64,000 bases of DNA from Oscillospiraceae bacterium (GCA_031266415.1 JAISBB010000001.1:221556-285555); one strand, 5' to 3'. Shown: positions 49,807-60,247, counted from the first letter of the stretch. A program made the numbers and translations. Notes: generated by a model from the letters alone, not told the origin.

Positions 49807-49902
49807 GCCAATTCCCTTCTAATTCAATCTAAATGTTAAAAAATTCTTTCACAAAATATTATTCCCAACTGCCAAATTCACAAAACATAAGCCCTCGCAG
49901 AT

Positions 49903-50880
49903 TCACTTGGCGCCGTCACCTAACAAATTCTGATATGTTTCTAGGTCATTTTTTCCATAAACACAGAAAATAACTCGCTGCAACGACCCATTTGGATGAT
50001 CTTTCAAGTACTCAAGAACAGTATTTATGGCGATTTTTGCCGCTTGTTTTTTCGGGAAACGAAACTCCCCGGTAGAAATGCAGCAAAATGCAATCGATTT
50101 CAACCCCTTTTCTTCGGCAAGTTGTAAACACGAGAGATAGCAACGCCGCAATAGTGCACATTGCTTTTTTGTCGGATTTTTTCTGCGAATAATTGGACCA
50201 ACTACATGCATAACATACTTAGCGGGAAGATTAAACCCATCTGTAATTACTGCATCTCCTGTGGGTAAAAAATGTCCCAGATTGAGTAAAATTTTGTAAC
50301 ATGCCATCCTCAGTTGAAGCCCAGCCCTCGAGTGAATTGCATTATCTATGCAATGGCAACCTGGGCGGTAGCAACCCAACATCGACTTGTTTGCCGCATT
50401 AACAATGGCGTCAACTTTCAAACAGCAAATATCACCCCACAACAAGAAAATCTTAGGGTGCTTTGGAACTGCTAATACCCTTGTCGTTCCATCAACAATT
50501 CCTTCATTTGCAACTGCCATTTGCAAGTAATCATTTTGGGCTTTCCAAAATTTCTCAGGCAAAAGGCAAAAAGGGTAATTTTCGCCTAAATTTTTATTCC
50601 CTTTTTTAAGTTCCTTTTCGCTTGGAGAAAAAGGCGGACTTTGATTTCTCAAAGCTCTAAACAATCGTTCCTGAGCAAACATCCCCATCGGGACTTGCTG
50701 CTGCTCCCCCTCTAATTCTTGCAAAGTTTTTATCAAATAAGCCAAGTCGACACTCCCAGCAACCAACCCGACATTACAAAAAACCAAAAAAATGGAAAGC
50801 ACGGCCAATTTCCCAACTCGTATCATCCACAACCTCAATTCTTTCACTGCACAACAAAACTTGCCACAACAAACACTCAC
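49903..50880 (-). CDS. Macro-domain protein-ADP-ribose hydrolase family; start uncertain
   Basis: GDICCLKVDAIVNAAN..MLGC......CID.AIH..AG.QLR and CISTGEFRFP are macro-domain motifs. They are preceded by the family's helical N-terminal region (YLI..L.E......ERLFRAL.N). A hydrophobic extension lies upstream in the ORF. Confidence 0.7.
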   Translation of the reverse strand: MSVCCGKFCCAVKELRLWMIRVGKLAVLSIFLVFCNVGLVAGSVDLAYLIKTLQELEGEQQQVPMGMFAQERLFRALRNQSPPFSPSEKELKKGNKNLGENYPFCLLPEKFWKAQNDYLQMAVANEGIVDGTTRVLAVPKHPKIFLLWGDICCLKVDAIVNAANKSMLGCYRPGCHCIDNAIHSRAGLQLRMACYKILLNLGHFLPTGDAVITDGFNLPAKYVMHVVGPIIRRKNPTKKQCALLRRCYLSCLQLAEEKGLKSIAFCCISTGEFRFPKKQAAKIAINTVLEYLKDHPNGSLQRVIFCVYGKNDLETYQNLLGDGAK

Positions 50881-51011
50881 ACAAATTGAATATTCCCTTT
50901 GACAGAAAACTCAGCACTATGATAAAATTAATAGACAACAACAGCAAACTAATGGCAATTCAATTTGCAATTTATTACCGAATCTGTACAAAAAAAACAG
51001 GGAGAAAGTAT

Positions 51012-51665
51012 ATGAAAAAACATGCAAAAAAATGTCTTATGACATTAATCGCAAGTACACAAATCACCGGTTTTTTTTCAACAGCCGTCAGTGGTTTTTC
51101 ACAAACACTATATGAAAAAACGCAACGAATTCAAGAAAATACAAAGCGAATCGAAGCAGAACGCAAATCGAAAAACAAACTAAACTCACAAGGAGGCTGC
51201 CCCGCTCTTGAAAACGCCATTCTAGAACTCCTTAACCCCTACCGGGCCAACATAAGTGCAAAATTAGTTCAAAATGGCAAAACACAACTCGAATTACTAG
51301 AACAGGACCGGAAATTAATTGCCGCAGCTCGACAAAGGTCCCAAGAAATGCTCCAACACAACTACTTTGGGCACACAAGGCCAGATAAACGCTCTTGGGT
51401 TACTATTTTGCAAGAGAAACAATATAAAATCCAAAACATGGTGGCATGTGGCGAAAATATTCAAAAGGGCAAAACCACCCAACTGCCATCCGCCAAAGAA
51501 ATTATCGATGTTTTCAAACGTAGCAAAGTGCATAACAAAAATATGCTTGGCGACTGGACACACATTGGGATAGGATTTAGGGCAAAAAAACTTTCAGGTG
51601 GCGGTTATATCTGGTTTGTTACTCAACTTTTTGCAAGGCTTGAAGATGAGCAAGCTTCCGTTTAA
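51012..51665 (+). CDS. Secreted CAP/SCP (YkwD-like) domain protein
   Basis: GGGAG RBS plus ATG at 51012, a signal peptide (MKKHAKKCLMTLIASTQITGFFSTAVSG), and CAP motifs (N.YR......L.....L...A..RSQEM...NYFGH.RPD, GENI, H..NML...WTHIGIGF) consistent with PF00188. Confidence 0.8.
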   Translation: MKKHAKKCLMTLIASTQITGFFSTAVSGFSQTLYEKTQRIQENTKRIEAERKSKNKLNSQGGCPALENAILELLNPYRANISAKLVQNGKTQLELLEQDRKLIAAARQRSQEMLQHNYFGHTRPDKRSWVTILQEKQYKIQNMVACGENIQKGKTTQLPSAKEIIDVFKRSKVHNKNMLGDWTHIGIGFRAKKLSGGGYIWFVTQLFARLEDEQASV

Positions 51666-51706
51666 CAAACGGTAACGCAACGAATCTCAAAAGTAATACA
51701 GCAACT

Positions 51707-52744
51707 CTACCGATTAACACATGGTTTTGTCCGAACCCCAGCGGCACTGCCAGCTTGCCTTGCCTGGTCAAATAATTCCGACAACTCTTTACTTGACCTC
51801 ACAACCTGTAACATTTCCATCCCTTCACGAAGAAGTTCGTCCCGATTTTTAATTAATTCGGAAACCTGCTCTCGCAAATCATTAATCAATATCACATGGT
51901 CATCGTAACGTTTGCGTAAATGTACGTTTTCTTTCTTTAGTTTTTCAAATTCATGCTGCGCAACAGCACCAAATCGAGCTATCCCCCGCATCTTTGAAAA
52001 ATTTTCATCTGTTAACGCCACCATTTCAGAGCGGAATGGTAACTTGCTGCGCTTAAATGGGATATCATCAATTGATTTTACAGAAGCGTCGATACTCTTG
52101 TAATCTTGCAATTTTGTCTCAAGTTTTTGCACTTCTTTCAGCAAAATATTCCGCTTAAGATCTTCCGCCATCTTAAGAGGTTTATAAACATCGTCTGACT
52201 TTGTAATGTCGAATCCATTTTTTCTTATGCTTGCCAATGCTTTCGCGTGCAAAAGAGTAAGCCCTTTTCGATCAAATATCTCTTTAGCAGAAAGTCTCCC
52301 ATCTTTAGTTAATGGCACGAAACAAAAATGCATATGAGGGATGCGCTCATCCATATGAACAACAGCATCAACAACCAAATCCTCACCAAAATAATCCTTC
52401 AGGAAAGAAAAATTACACTCAAAAAAACTCCTAATTTTGGCCTCTTCTTGCACTTCAAAAAAACTTTTATTAGAAGTAACAAACATTGAACACAAAACCG
52501 TTGCATCTTTTCGCACAGTTCTTTGCCCCTTATAGCACTTTTTTAATATGTTTTTATATTCTAATTCATATTCCAATTTCACTAAACTAGGGTGCCCCAC
52601 AAACCTGTGCAAACGGTAGTTTAATCGCGAATGCTCTGGCGCAAACACCAACTTGTCTGAAGGATTTTCTTGTTGATTGTGTGCCTGAATTTCTGGCAAA
52701 TTAGTCAGTTTATTTTTTGAATTCAAGCAAATCAACGAAGCCAC
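51707..52744 (-). CDS. mob: MobV-family (Mob_Pre) relaxase / plasmid recombination enzyme
   Basis: The HxDExxPHxH motif is present (VVHMDERIPHMHFCFVPL), with an N-terminal ...K.K....L..IQAHNQ motif I region and a coiled-coil C-terminus. Consistent with PF01076. Confidence 0.75.
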   Translation of the reverse strand: MASLICLNSKNKLTNLPEIQAHNQQENPSDKLVFAPEHSRLNYRLHRFVGHPSLVKLEYELEYKNILKKCYKGQRTVRKDATVLCSMFVTSNKSFFEVQEEAKIRSFFECNFSFLKDYFGEDLVVDAVVHMDERIPHMHFCFVPLTKDGRLSAKEIFDRKGLTLLHAKALASIRKNGFDITKSDDVYKPLKMAEDLKRNILLKEVQKLETKLQDYKSIDASVKSIDDIPFKRSKLPFRSEMVALTDENFSKMRGIARFGAVAQHEFEKLKKENVHLRKRYDDHVILINDLREQVSELIKNRDELLREGMEMLQVVRSSKELSELFDQARQAGSAAGVRTKPCVNR

Positions 52745-52787
52745 AAAAAATCATCCTCCTTTTCTTTTAGCTTTAGCAACAATAAAA

Positions 52788-53027
52788 TTAAAGCCGTTCG
52801 ATCAGTTTAATCAAGTCATTAAGGCACTTAATGCTATCAAACTGATCATCATCTACAATAATTCCAAACTCATCTTCTAAAAACCCTAGCAAATCCAAAA
52901 TTTCTAACGAGTCTAAACCTAAACTTTCCATGGTAGAATCTGGCTTAATAATTTCTTGAGGAACACAAAATTTATTAACAAGCAAATCTCTCAATTTATC
53001 AAATGTATTCAAGCAAAAACCCTCCAC
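52788..53027 (-). CDS. Stand-alone acyl/peptidyl carrier protein
   Basis: 79 aa with an LGLDSLEILDL phosphopantetheine-attachment motif at the expected position and an acidic helix II/III. GTG start with no obvious RBS. Confidence 0.6.
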   Translation of the reverse strand: MEGFCLNTFDKLRDLLVNKFCVPQEIIKPDSTMESLGLDSLEILDLLGFLEDEFGIIVDDDQFDSIKCLNDLIKLIERL

Positions 53028-53090
53028 ACTTACAAAATTGCGAAACGACTCAAACTAAAGAGGCCTTTCCTTTTTACAAATTACTAAAAT

Positions 53091-53165
53091 TGGTGATCCG
53101 TGGGGGAATTGAACCCCCGATACCGCCGTGAAAGGGCGGTGTCTTAACCTCTTGACCAACGGACC
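53091..53165 (-). tRNA. tRNA-Glu (anticodon UUC)
   Basis: The reverse complement reads GGTCCGTTGGTCAAGAGGTTAAGACACCGCC-CTTTCAC-GGCGGT...GGGGGTTCAATTCCCCC-ACGGATC-A-CCA. Confidence 0.9.
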
Positions 53166-53172
53166 AAATATT

Positions 53173-53249
53173 TGGTAGCGGTAGTTGGATTCGAACCAAC
53201 GACCCTCCGGGTATGAACCGAATGCTCTAACCAACTGAGCTATACCGCC
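53173..53249 (-). tRNA. tRNA with CAU anticodon (elongator Met, or Ile2 if lysidinylated)
   Basis: The reverse complement reads GGCGGTATAGCTCAGTTGGTTAGAGCATTCGG-TTCATAC-CCGGA...GTTGGTTCGAATCCAAC-TACCGCT-A-CCA. It lacks initiator features. Confidence 0.85.
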
Positions 53250-53719
53250 GGACCTTAAAAATAATGTTGCGACCACTTTAAAAACTGCTATACAACATTT
53301 TCACAACCATTCGGTTAAATCCTTCAAGAAAGTAAACACGCAAAAACAATTTTACAACTCTTCACAGTTTCGCAAAAAAACAATTATTTAGGAAACGGTT
53401 GCACTGTGGCCTCTCACTGTGTTTAAGTAAACTTCTCACAAAGTTGCCGATTCTTTAATTTTCGCATGGCACACATCTTTAATTTTCACTAGAATCAAAC
53501 CACTTCTATCAATCAAAAAATGCATAATAAACCATAATCAACCAAATTTTTAATCTGATTTTCCTCTTAAATTTATTAAGACAAAAGCTTAAGGCAAGTA
53601 CCAAATCGATTTTAACACATGTACGCACAAATTACAATATCTGCCAATAAATAAACAAAATTCCAACTTCTTTGCATGCTTCACCTTTAATAATTTTAGT
53701 GCGTCATTAATAAAAAATC

Positions 53720-53748
53720 TTGCACTTCAAGATATTTTATGATAAAAT
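53720..53748 (+). promoter_or_regulatory. SigA-type promoter of the ABC transporter operon
   Basis: TTGCAC-N17-TAAAAT with a TGn extended -10, about 55 nt upstream of the GTG start. Confidence 0.55.
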
Positions 53749-53802
53749 ACTCACAGAAATGCGAACTTAAGCAATTTGCGCAATACAAGTAGGAGGTGCC
53801 GT

Positions 53803-54933
53803 GTGAAAAATGCAAAATTATTCACGGCGTTAAAATATTTCAAAAGCAACACAAAACAATCTATTATATTATTTTCAACACTAACTATATCTACCAGCTG
53901 CATTTATTTTATTTTTTCCATTATCTCCAGTATGCTTGCATGCACAAAGCATATAATTTTACTACCGAGTGAGAAATTTTCATATATTGAAACTAACCAG
54001 CAATTACAAATGCAAGATGAGATGATAACTAAAGTAAAAGCATTCCCCGAAGTAAAAAAAACAATTAACAGTACATTAAGCGGAATCTGTTTTCGGTCTA
54101 TCAGCGCATACCTTGATACTCATGTACTTACCATCCCTAATCCCGCGGACTTAAATTATATTGCTAATTACATCAATTTGGAATTATCAAATGGTCGTTT
54201 ACCAATAGAAGCCAAGGCAGAAGCTGTTTTTCACGAAAATATTTTAAAAAACCTCAATCTCAAAGTCGGGGACCTCATCACAAGTGGGACAATCAAAACG
54301 CCGCATTTAATTGGTGATTATAAAATTGTTGGCAGTTTTACAGGAGATTTAATTATAGGGATAGCCAGCGCCCCCGCAAGTTACAATAACAACTCAAGTG
54401 GAATAATCGTTATTCCAAAAGAAGGAAAACTTAATGCAATAAATACTAAGCTAAAATCACTAGACCCAAATGGAACACGCACACTCACCTATTCCCGAGA
54501 AAAATCGAGGATTGAAATTGCAACCTCATTACCTCTTATTATATTCAAAATCATAGGATCTGCGATACTAATAACACTATCATTTTGTATAAGTGCTTTC
54601 AGCAGTAGCATTTACCTTAAAAGAAGTGAAGAATTTGGAATTATGCACGCCGTTGGGTACGATAAATCATTCATAACAAAATTAATAATCAAAGAATTGG
54701 CAAATCTTACCTGTTTAGCATACATATTTGGATGTGCAATTTCAATGGCAATAATTACAATCATTAATCATTTCATATTTTCTCCAAAAGGACAAAACTT
54801 AACAATTTTGACCGCAAAGGGTTTTTTGGGAACTGCAGCAACCTTGGCAACAATGTTTTTATTTGCAGGCATCCCGATCTTACGTCGGTTAACAAAGTGG
54901 AATCCGATTTCTGTGATCGAGAGGAGAAATTAG
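53803..54933 (+). CDS. ABC transporter permease, FtsX/MacB-like
   Basis: N-terminal TM helix, a large extracytoplasmic domain, then a C-terminal 3-TM FtsX domain. GTG 53803 lies 6 nt after an AGGAGG RBS. Confidence 0.8.
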   Translation: MKNAKLFTALKYFKSNTKQSIILFSTLTISTSCIYFIFSIISSMLACTKHIILLPSEKFSYIETNQQLQMQDEMITKVKAFPEVKKTINSTLSGICFRSISAYLDTHVLTIPNPADLNYIANYINLELSNGRLPIEAKAEAVFHENILKNLNLKVGDLITSGTIKTPHLIGDYKIVGSFTGDLIIGIASAPASYNNNSSGIIVIPKEGKLNAINTKLKSLDPNGTRTLTYSREKSRIEIATSLPLIIFKIIGSAILITLSFCISAFSSSIYLKRSEEFGIMHAVGYDKSFITKLIIKELANLTCLAYIFGCAISMAIITIINHFIFSPKGQNLTILTAKGFLGTAATLATMFLFAGIPILRRLTKWNPISVIERRN

Positions 54934-54936
54934 GCT

Positions 54937-55617
54937 ATGCTACAATGCAAAAACTTGAGCTTAACATGCAAAGATGGAGAACACGAGAGGGAACTTCTGC
55001 ACGACATTAATCTTGTGATTGAAACAGGAGAAAGTGTAGTTTTTTTTGGTCCTTCCGGCAGCGGGAAAAGCTCCCTCATGTACCTACTGTCTTTGCTTCG
55101 CGTGGCTACCACAGGCGAAGTATACCTAGACAACAATGAAATTATGTCACAAAACGATAACGCAAAAGCAGCAATCAGAAAAAAACATTTTGGGTTCATT
55201 TTTCAACAATATTTTTTATTGCCTCACCTAAATGTTTTAGAGAATGTGCTTGTTCCAGAAAATAGTATATCCACAAAATCGAAACAAAAAGCAACTACCT
55301 TTTTAGAAAAATTGGAATTAACCGCATGTATAAACAAAAAAATTCATCAACTATCCGGTGGCGAGTGTCAACGCGTGGCAATCGCAAGGGCACTTATTCA
55401 CGGCCCCACAATTTTATTCGCAGATGAACCAACCGCGGCACTTGATCATAAATCAGCGCTATCTGCAATGAAAATGATACGAGAACACAAAGGAAACGGC
55501 ACACTTATTTTAACAACGCACGACACTTCAATTTTAACTGGCCAAGAAAGAATTCTTAAGCTAGAACATGGCAAAATCACAGAAATTAAACATAAAAACT
55601 TCGTTCAGGCAGGGTGA
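54937..55617 (+). CDS. ABC transporter ATP-binding protein (MacB/LolD-like)
   Basis: Walker A GPSGSGKSS, Q-loop, signature LSGGECQRVAIARAL and Walker B ILFADEPT. Confidence 0.9.
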   Translation: MLQCKNLSLTCKDGEHERELLHDINLVIETGESVVFFGPSGSGKSSLMYLLSLLRVATTGEVYLDNNEIMSQNDNAKAAIRKKHFGFIFQQYFLLPHLNVLENVLVPENSISTKSKQKATTFLEKLELTACINKKIHQLSGGECQRVAIARALIHGPTILFADEPTAALDHKSALSAMKMIREHKGNGTLILTTHDTSILTGQERILKLEHGKITEIKHKNFVQAG

Positions 55618-55671
55618 CTTTTTCATTAACTAACTGCTGACTTTTCTAAAACAGCAAAAACACAAACAGCA

Positions 55672-55708
55672 AAAACCTTGCACAAAGGGCACTTTTCATC
55701 TTGTGCAA
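55672..55708 (-). terminator. Possible terminator of holA
   Basis: 8-bp stem TTGCACAA / TTGTGCAA with a 15-nt loop. On the minus strand it is followed by GGTTTTTGCTGTTT. Confidence 0.35.
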
Positions 55709-55759
55709 AAAATCTGTAACCACATATTGAATGTCGAAATATACTCTTATTTGTTTACG

Positions 55760-56755
55760 TTATATGTTCCCAGTTAAATGCATGTGCAATCGGCAAATTG
55801 CATCTTGCAGTGAGTTATGTTGCACTAAAAAATTACTTTTAAGATCAACATCTAAGTCAGACAAAACACTCAAATATGCAACAATTGCCGCCATTGAATG
55901 AGATTGCGCTAATTTATAAGCATTTTGGACACGAAATGCTTTGCCTTTGTAAATATCATTAAAGTCAGATAGAAAAACCGTTGACGAAATATTCTCAAGC
56001 ATTGCAATTTTAACTCGTACCAAATCCAAAAATAAAGTCGAAATCGCCGCAACTATCATTGGCGGCTGCGAGTTGTTTTTCAGCAAACAAGAAAGTTGAA
56101 TTTGCGCTAAATGTAAATCTTCTTTAAGTAACGACTTAGTAATTTCAAATGCACTTTGTTCCACACTCGACGGAGTCATCAAGTCGATATCCGATTCTTC
56201 TATAGATTTTCTTGCACATGCAGCTGCGTGTGCGCAAAGTTTAGTGATTTCTTGTGCAATGGCTTGCAAATTACTAGAACAACGCTTAATTAAGTGTGCG
56301 GCATTTGTTTTAGAAATTTGTTGGCCGTTTTTTTTAACCTTAGAAACAATAAATTCCAGCAGCTGCAAATCAGACATCAAATTAAATTCTTTCAGTGTTG
56401 CACAATCTTTAATGTAAGTAATAAATTTAAAACACGCGGCCGTTAATTTAAGTTCAGAACGGAAAAAGATTAAAAAGGTTTGCTGTGGAACATGGTTCAA
56501 AAATTTCAAAAAATGTTCCTGCTGCTTCGCCGGTAAAACTTCCCACTGGAAATTGTGAACCACAACACACCTTTTTTCTTCCGCAAACGGAATAGTTTGA
56601 GCAATATTAATTATCTCACACAGTTCATATTCATCTTTTAAAATCGAAAAATTGCAAAGGTACTTGATACCAATTTGCTGAAGTAACTGGTCCAAAAATT
56701 CATATTTTCGGTAATTATCTGCTCCATAAATTACAAATGTATTCTCTCGACCCAA
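55760..56755 (-). CDS. holA: DNA polymerase III delta subunit
   Basis: 331 aa. The N-terminus FVIYG.D.Y, then ...NLQAIAQEITKL..., IEESDIDLM and the helical C-terminal domain pattern of HolA. Confidence 0.65.
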   Translation of the reverse strand: MGRENTFVIYGADNYRKYEFLDQLLQQIGIKYLCNFSILKDEYELCEIINIAQTIPFAEEKRCVVVHNFQWEVLPAKQQEHFLKFLNHVPQQTFLIFFRSELKLTAACFKFITYIKDCATLKEFNLMSDLQLLEFIVSKVKKNGQQISKTNAAHLIKRCSSNLQAIAQEITKLCAHAAACARKSIEESDIDLMTPSSVEQSAFEITKSLLKEDLHLAQIQLSCLLKNNSQPPMIVAAISTLFLDLVRVKIAMLENISSTVFLSDFNDIYKGKAFRVQNAYKLAQSHSMAAIVAYLSVLSDLDVDLKSNFLVQHNSLQDAICRLHMHLTGNI

Positions 56756-56970
56756 TGTTATGCCACCCTCTTCTACGCAAAAATATTATATCACGCAGAC
56801 AAATCACTAACAAATTTACAGTTCACAATGCACTCAAATTGCCCCCACTCAAAGTTTTTTCATTTTTAAACCCCCATAACTTTTGGATAAAATAAAACAT
56901 TGTAAAAAAGCGGAATTAAAGCTATAATTTATAAGGTGAGTTTCGATAGATTCGCGAAGGGGGACTAAAT

Positions 56971-59130
56971 TTGACTGCAAGTACAGAAAAAAAAACTTTT
57001 AAACAACAGCTGTTAAATGTAATTGCAGTAATGTTTTGCATGGGTGTTATCGTTTGCTGCATTATAAGCGTGCTGTTAACCATATTTATAGCAACCATAA
57101 TTAAAGAGCAGAAAAACATTAACGTTTCAAACATGAACCTTAATTTCACAACTATCATTTACGCAAACAACGCTCAAGCGGCTCCATATGAAGTGTGCCG
57201 CTTTCATAATGCAGAAAACAGGATATGGGTAAGTATCGACGATATTCCGGAATATGTTGGAAATGCCGCAATTGCAATTGAAGACCAACGATTTATGCAC
57301 CACAATGGTGTGGATTTTAAACGCACACTTGTTGCCTTTTTAAATGAATTCTTACATATCTTTGGAGGAAGGCAGGGTGGCTCAACAATTACTCAGCAAT
57401 TGATTAAAAATGTTACTGGCGACAAACGAAAAAATGCTTTGAGAAAAATCAAAGAGATCATATCCGCACTTTACCTTGAAAAAAAAAACACCAAACAAGA
57501 GATCTTAGAGGCTTACCTTAACGTTGTTTATTTTGGACACAATACAAACGGAATTGAAGCTGCCGCCAACCTTTATTTTAACAAACCAGCAAAAGATTTA
57601 ACACTGCAAGAAAGCGCAAGCATTATCGCCATAACCAAATATCCTGTAAAATATGATCCATTTTTACACCCCGAAAACAACAAGGGACGCCGTGAACAAA
57701 TTTTAAAAAAAATGCTAGATTTCGAATTTATAACCAAAGAGGAATATGAGAAAGCCGTTTCTGAAGAACTGCCGTTGGCTGATGGCAACCATCTCAAAAG
57801 GAACAGCAATGTAATAAATAATTATTTTGTGGATTATGTCATCAACAATGTAATAAATGACCTAATGAAACAATATGGATTCACTCGCCAATATGCAACA
57901 AAACAAGTTTACAATGGTGGCTACCGTATTTATACAACAATGGATGAATCCGTGCAAATGATTATGGAAAACAAGATTTCAGACCATTCTATTTTTTCTC
58001 ATGTGCGAGGCAGTAACAAACCACTGCAAGCCGCAATGGTTGTAATGGAACCAAACGGTGCAATTAAAGGAATGGTTGGCGGCACTGGCGAAAAAAAAGC
58101 CAATCGTTGTTTAAATCGCGCAGCGGATACTTACAGGCAACCAGGCTCTGCATTTAAACCTATTGCTGTTTACACACTTGCAATAGAGAAAAATTTATTA
58201 AACTATTCTTCTCTGGTTTGCGACAAACCATTTGCCACAATAAATGGGAACCCCTGGCCACATAACGCATATGACGCTTATTGGAACAACATTTTACTGC
58301 CACGGGCTTTAGAGCAATCGTCAAATGCAGTAGCTGTAGACATATGTAATAAATTAGGACCCGAGAAGTGCTTTAATTTCGTAAAAGATAATTTCGGGTT
58401 AAATCTAACAGATAAAATGGTAATAGATGGAAAGATATACACCGATAAAAATCTAGCAAGTATGGGACTTGGAGCCTTAACAAAAGGGGTTAGTGTTGTT
58501 GATCTTACAGGTGCATTCCAAATCTTCGCCAACGGTGGTAATTTTAATAAACCTTACGCATATACAAAGGTTATAGATAGCAAAGGCCACGTTGTTTTAG
58601 AAAACAACGCCGTTCCAATCCACGTAATTTCAAGCGGGACTGCTTCTAGCATGAATTACCTTTTGCAAGACGTTGTAGACAACGGAACCGGAAGAGCAGC
58701 AAAATTAAATGGACGCCAGGTTTATGGAAAAACTGGAACCACATCTTATGACAAAGATGTTTGGTTTATTGGCGGCACAACACATTACATTGGCGGAATT
58801 TGGGTGGGCTACGACATCCCGAAACCCATGCAAGGCTTGTGGCCGCATTACCCACCAACCAATCTGTGGCACAATGTAATGCTAGAAATTCACAAAAAGA
58901 TCCCAGTAACAGAATTCGAAATAGATAAAAGTAGCACAAAGAAATGCGCATTCTGCACCAATAGCGGAATGCTTGCAACACCCCATTGCAAAAATCAACA
59001 GATTGGCGTTTACAAAATTGAAAACACGCCGCAACCTTGCACCGCTTGCGAAAAAGCAAATTCACTTGAACAACAAGCCGCAGCAACAGCGACACAAAAC
59101 ACTGCCCCCACGCAACAACCACCACAATAA
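56971..59130 (+). CDS. Class A penicillin-binding protein (PBP1A-type transglycosylase/transpeptidase)
   Basis: TTG start after a GAAGGGGG RBS. GT51 motifs IAIEDQRFMHHNG and GGSTITQQL. Transpeptidase motifs SAFKP, SSN and KTGTT. Confidence 0.9.
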   Translation: MTASTEKKTFKQQLLNVIAVMFCMGVIVCCIISVLLTIFIATIIKEQKNINVSNMNLNFTTIIYANNAQAAPYEVCRFHNAENRIWVSIDDIPEYVGNAAIAIEDQRFMHHNGVDFKRTLVAFLNEFLHIFGGRQGGSTITQQLIKNVTGDKRKNALRKIKEIISALYLEKKNTKQEILEAYLNVVYFGHNTNGIEAAANLYFNKPAKDLTLQESASIIAITKYPVKYDPFLHPENNKGRREQILKKMLDFEFITKEEYEKAVSEELPLADGNHLKRNSNVINNYFVDYVINNVINDLMKQYGFTRQYATKQVYNGGYRIYTTMDESVQMIMENKISDHSIFSHVRGSNKPLQAAMVVMEPNGAIKGMVGGTGEKKANRCLNRAADTYRQPGSAFKPIAVYTLAIEKNLLNYSSLVCDKPFATINGNPWPHNAYDAYWNNILLPRALEQSSNAVAVDICNKLGPEKCFNFVKDNFGLNLTDKMVIDGKIYTDKNLASMGLGALTKGVSVVDLTGAFQIFANGGNFNKPYAYTKVIDSKGHVVLENNAVPIHVISSGTASSMNYLLQDVVDNGTGRAAKLNGRQVYGKTGTTSYDKDVWFIGGTTHYIGGIWVGYDIPKPMQGLWPHYPPTNLWHNVMLEIHKKIPVTEFEIDKSSTKKCAFCTNSGMLATPHCKNQQIGVYKIENTPQPCTACEKANSLEQQAAATATQNTAPTQQPPQ

Positions 59131-59301
59131 GCCCCGCCACCAGTAACCCTGCCAACAAAAAACTTAACATTTAACAGGGAAACTGGCACAAATAAAAGGT
59201 CTTCACCTCTTGTATTGCCTTTTCTCTGCAATTTCCAAAACAAAAAACACTTTGCTAAACTCTGTGACAAAACAAGTGAACAGCAAAATGCCAGCTGCCT
59301 T

Positions 59302-60247
59302 TCATTTTAGTAAGTCTCGGCGTTTAAGAATCCAAAAACTGCCTACTGTTGAACACAGTGAAAAAACAATAAGGAACCAAAACGCATATTTGCCATTAAG
59401 TGGAAGTTCCACATTCATACCATAGAAACTGGAAATTAAAGTTGGAATTGCCAATAAAATAGTTATAGAAGTCAAAAATTTCATGGCAGAATTCAGATTG
59501 TTAGATATAACAGACGAATAACTATTCATGCTAGTTTTAACAATTCCAGAATAAATGTTAGACATATCTACCCCTTGTTTAATTTCAATTAAAACATCTT
59601 CCAATAAGTCTTGGTCTTCTTCATAAATTTTAAGCACGCGGCCTCTTAAAATCTTCTCGATTGTCATTTGATTTGCCTTAAGAGACGTGGAAAAATAAAC
59701 CAAAGATTTCTCAATTTCCAACAATTGCAACAACTCTTTGTTTTGCATTGAATGCCGCAATTCAGATTCCAACAAGGTTTCAATTCGGTCAATCTGTTTC
59801 AGATATTGCAGGAATCTAAGTGCAATTCTATAAAGAATAACAAATAAAAAGCGAGTTTTAAATTGCGTATTTACATTCTTTACCATTGAGTCAGTTAATT
59901 CTTTCATCACGGTGTTTTCTTTAGATGAAATTGTCACAACATTGTCTTTTGTAACAACAACACCAAGCGGCATGGTTGAGTAAAGAATAGAATTTTCACC
60001 TTGACGTAAAGCATACGGAACATCTACCATAATCAAAATTTGGTCGCCGGCATCACTAATCTCTGTCCTTGAAGATTCTTCTTCGTCAAGGGCAGAATTT
60101 ACAAACATCGCGTCTATTGCCAACGTATTTTTTAAATACTCCAGCTCCGCATCTTCTGGCTCTGTAGCATTAATCCAACAACCAACTTCCCAACTATCTA
60201 TCTCGCAAACCACATTATCTACCGATTTATAAAATTTTAACAACACA
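59302..60247 (-). CDS. corA: CorA-family magnesium/cobalt transporter
   Basis: C-terminal ..ILLAIPTLISSFYGMNVELP.. (YGMN motif) plus a second TM helix. The start was set at the GTG 6 nt after GAAGGGG. The tracked ORF start at 60306 overlaps prs. Confidence 0.85.
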
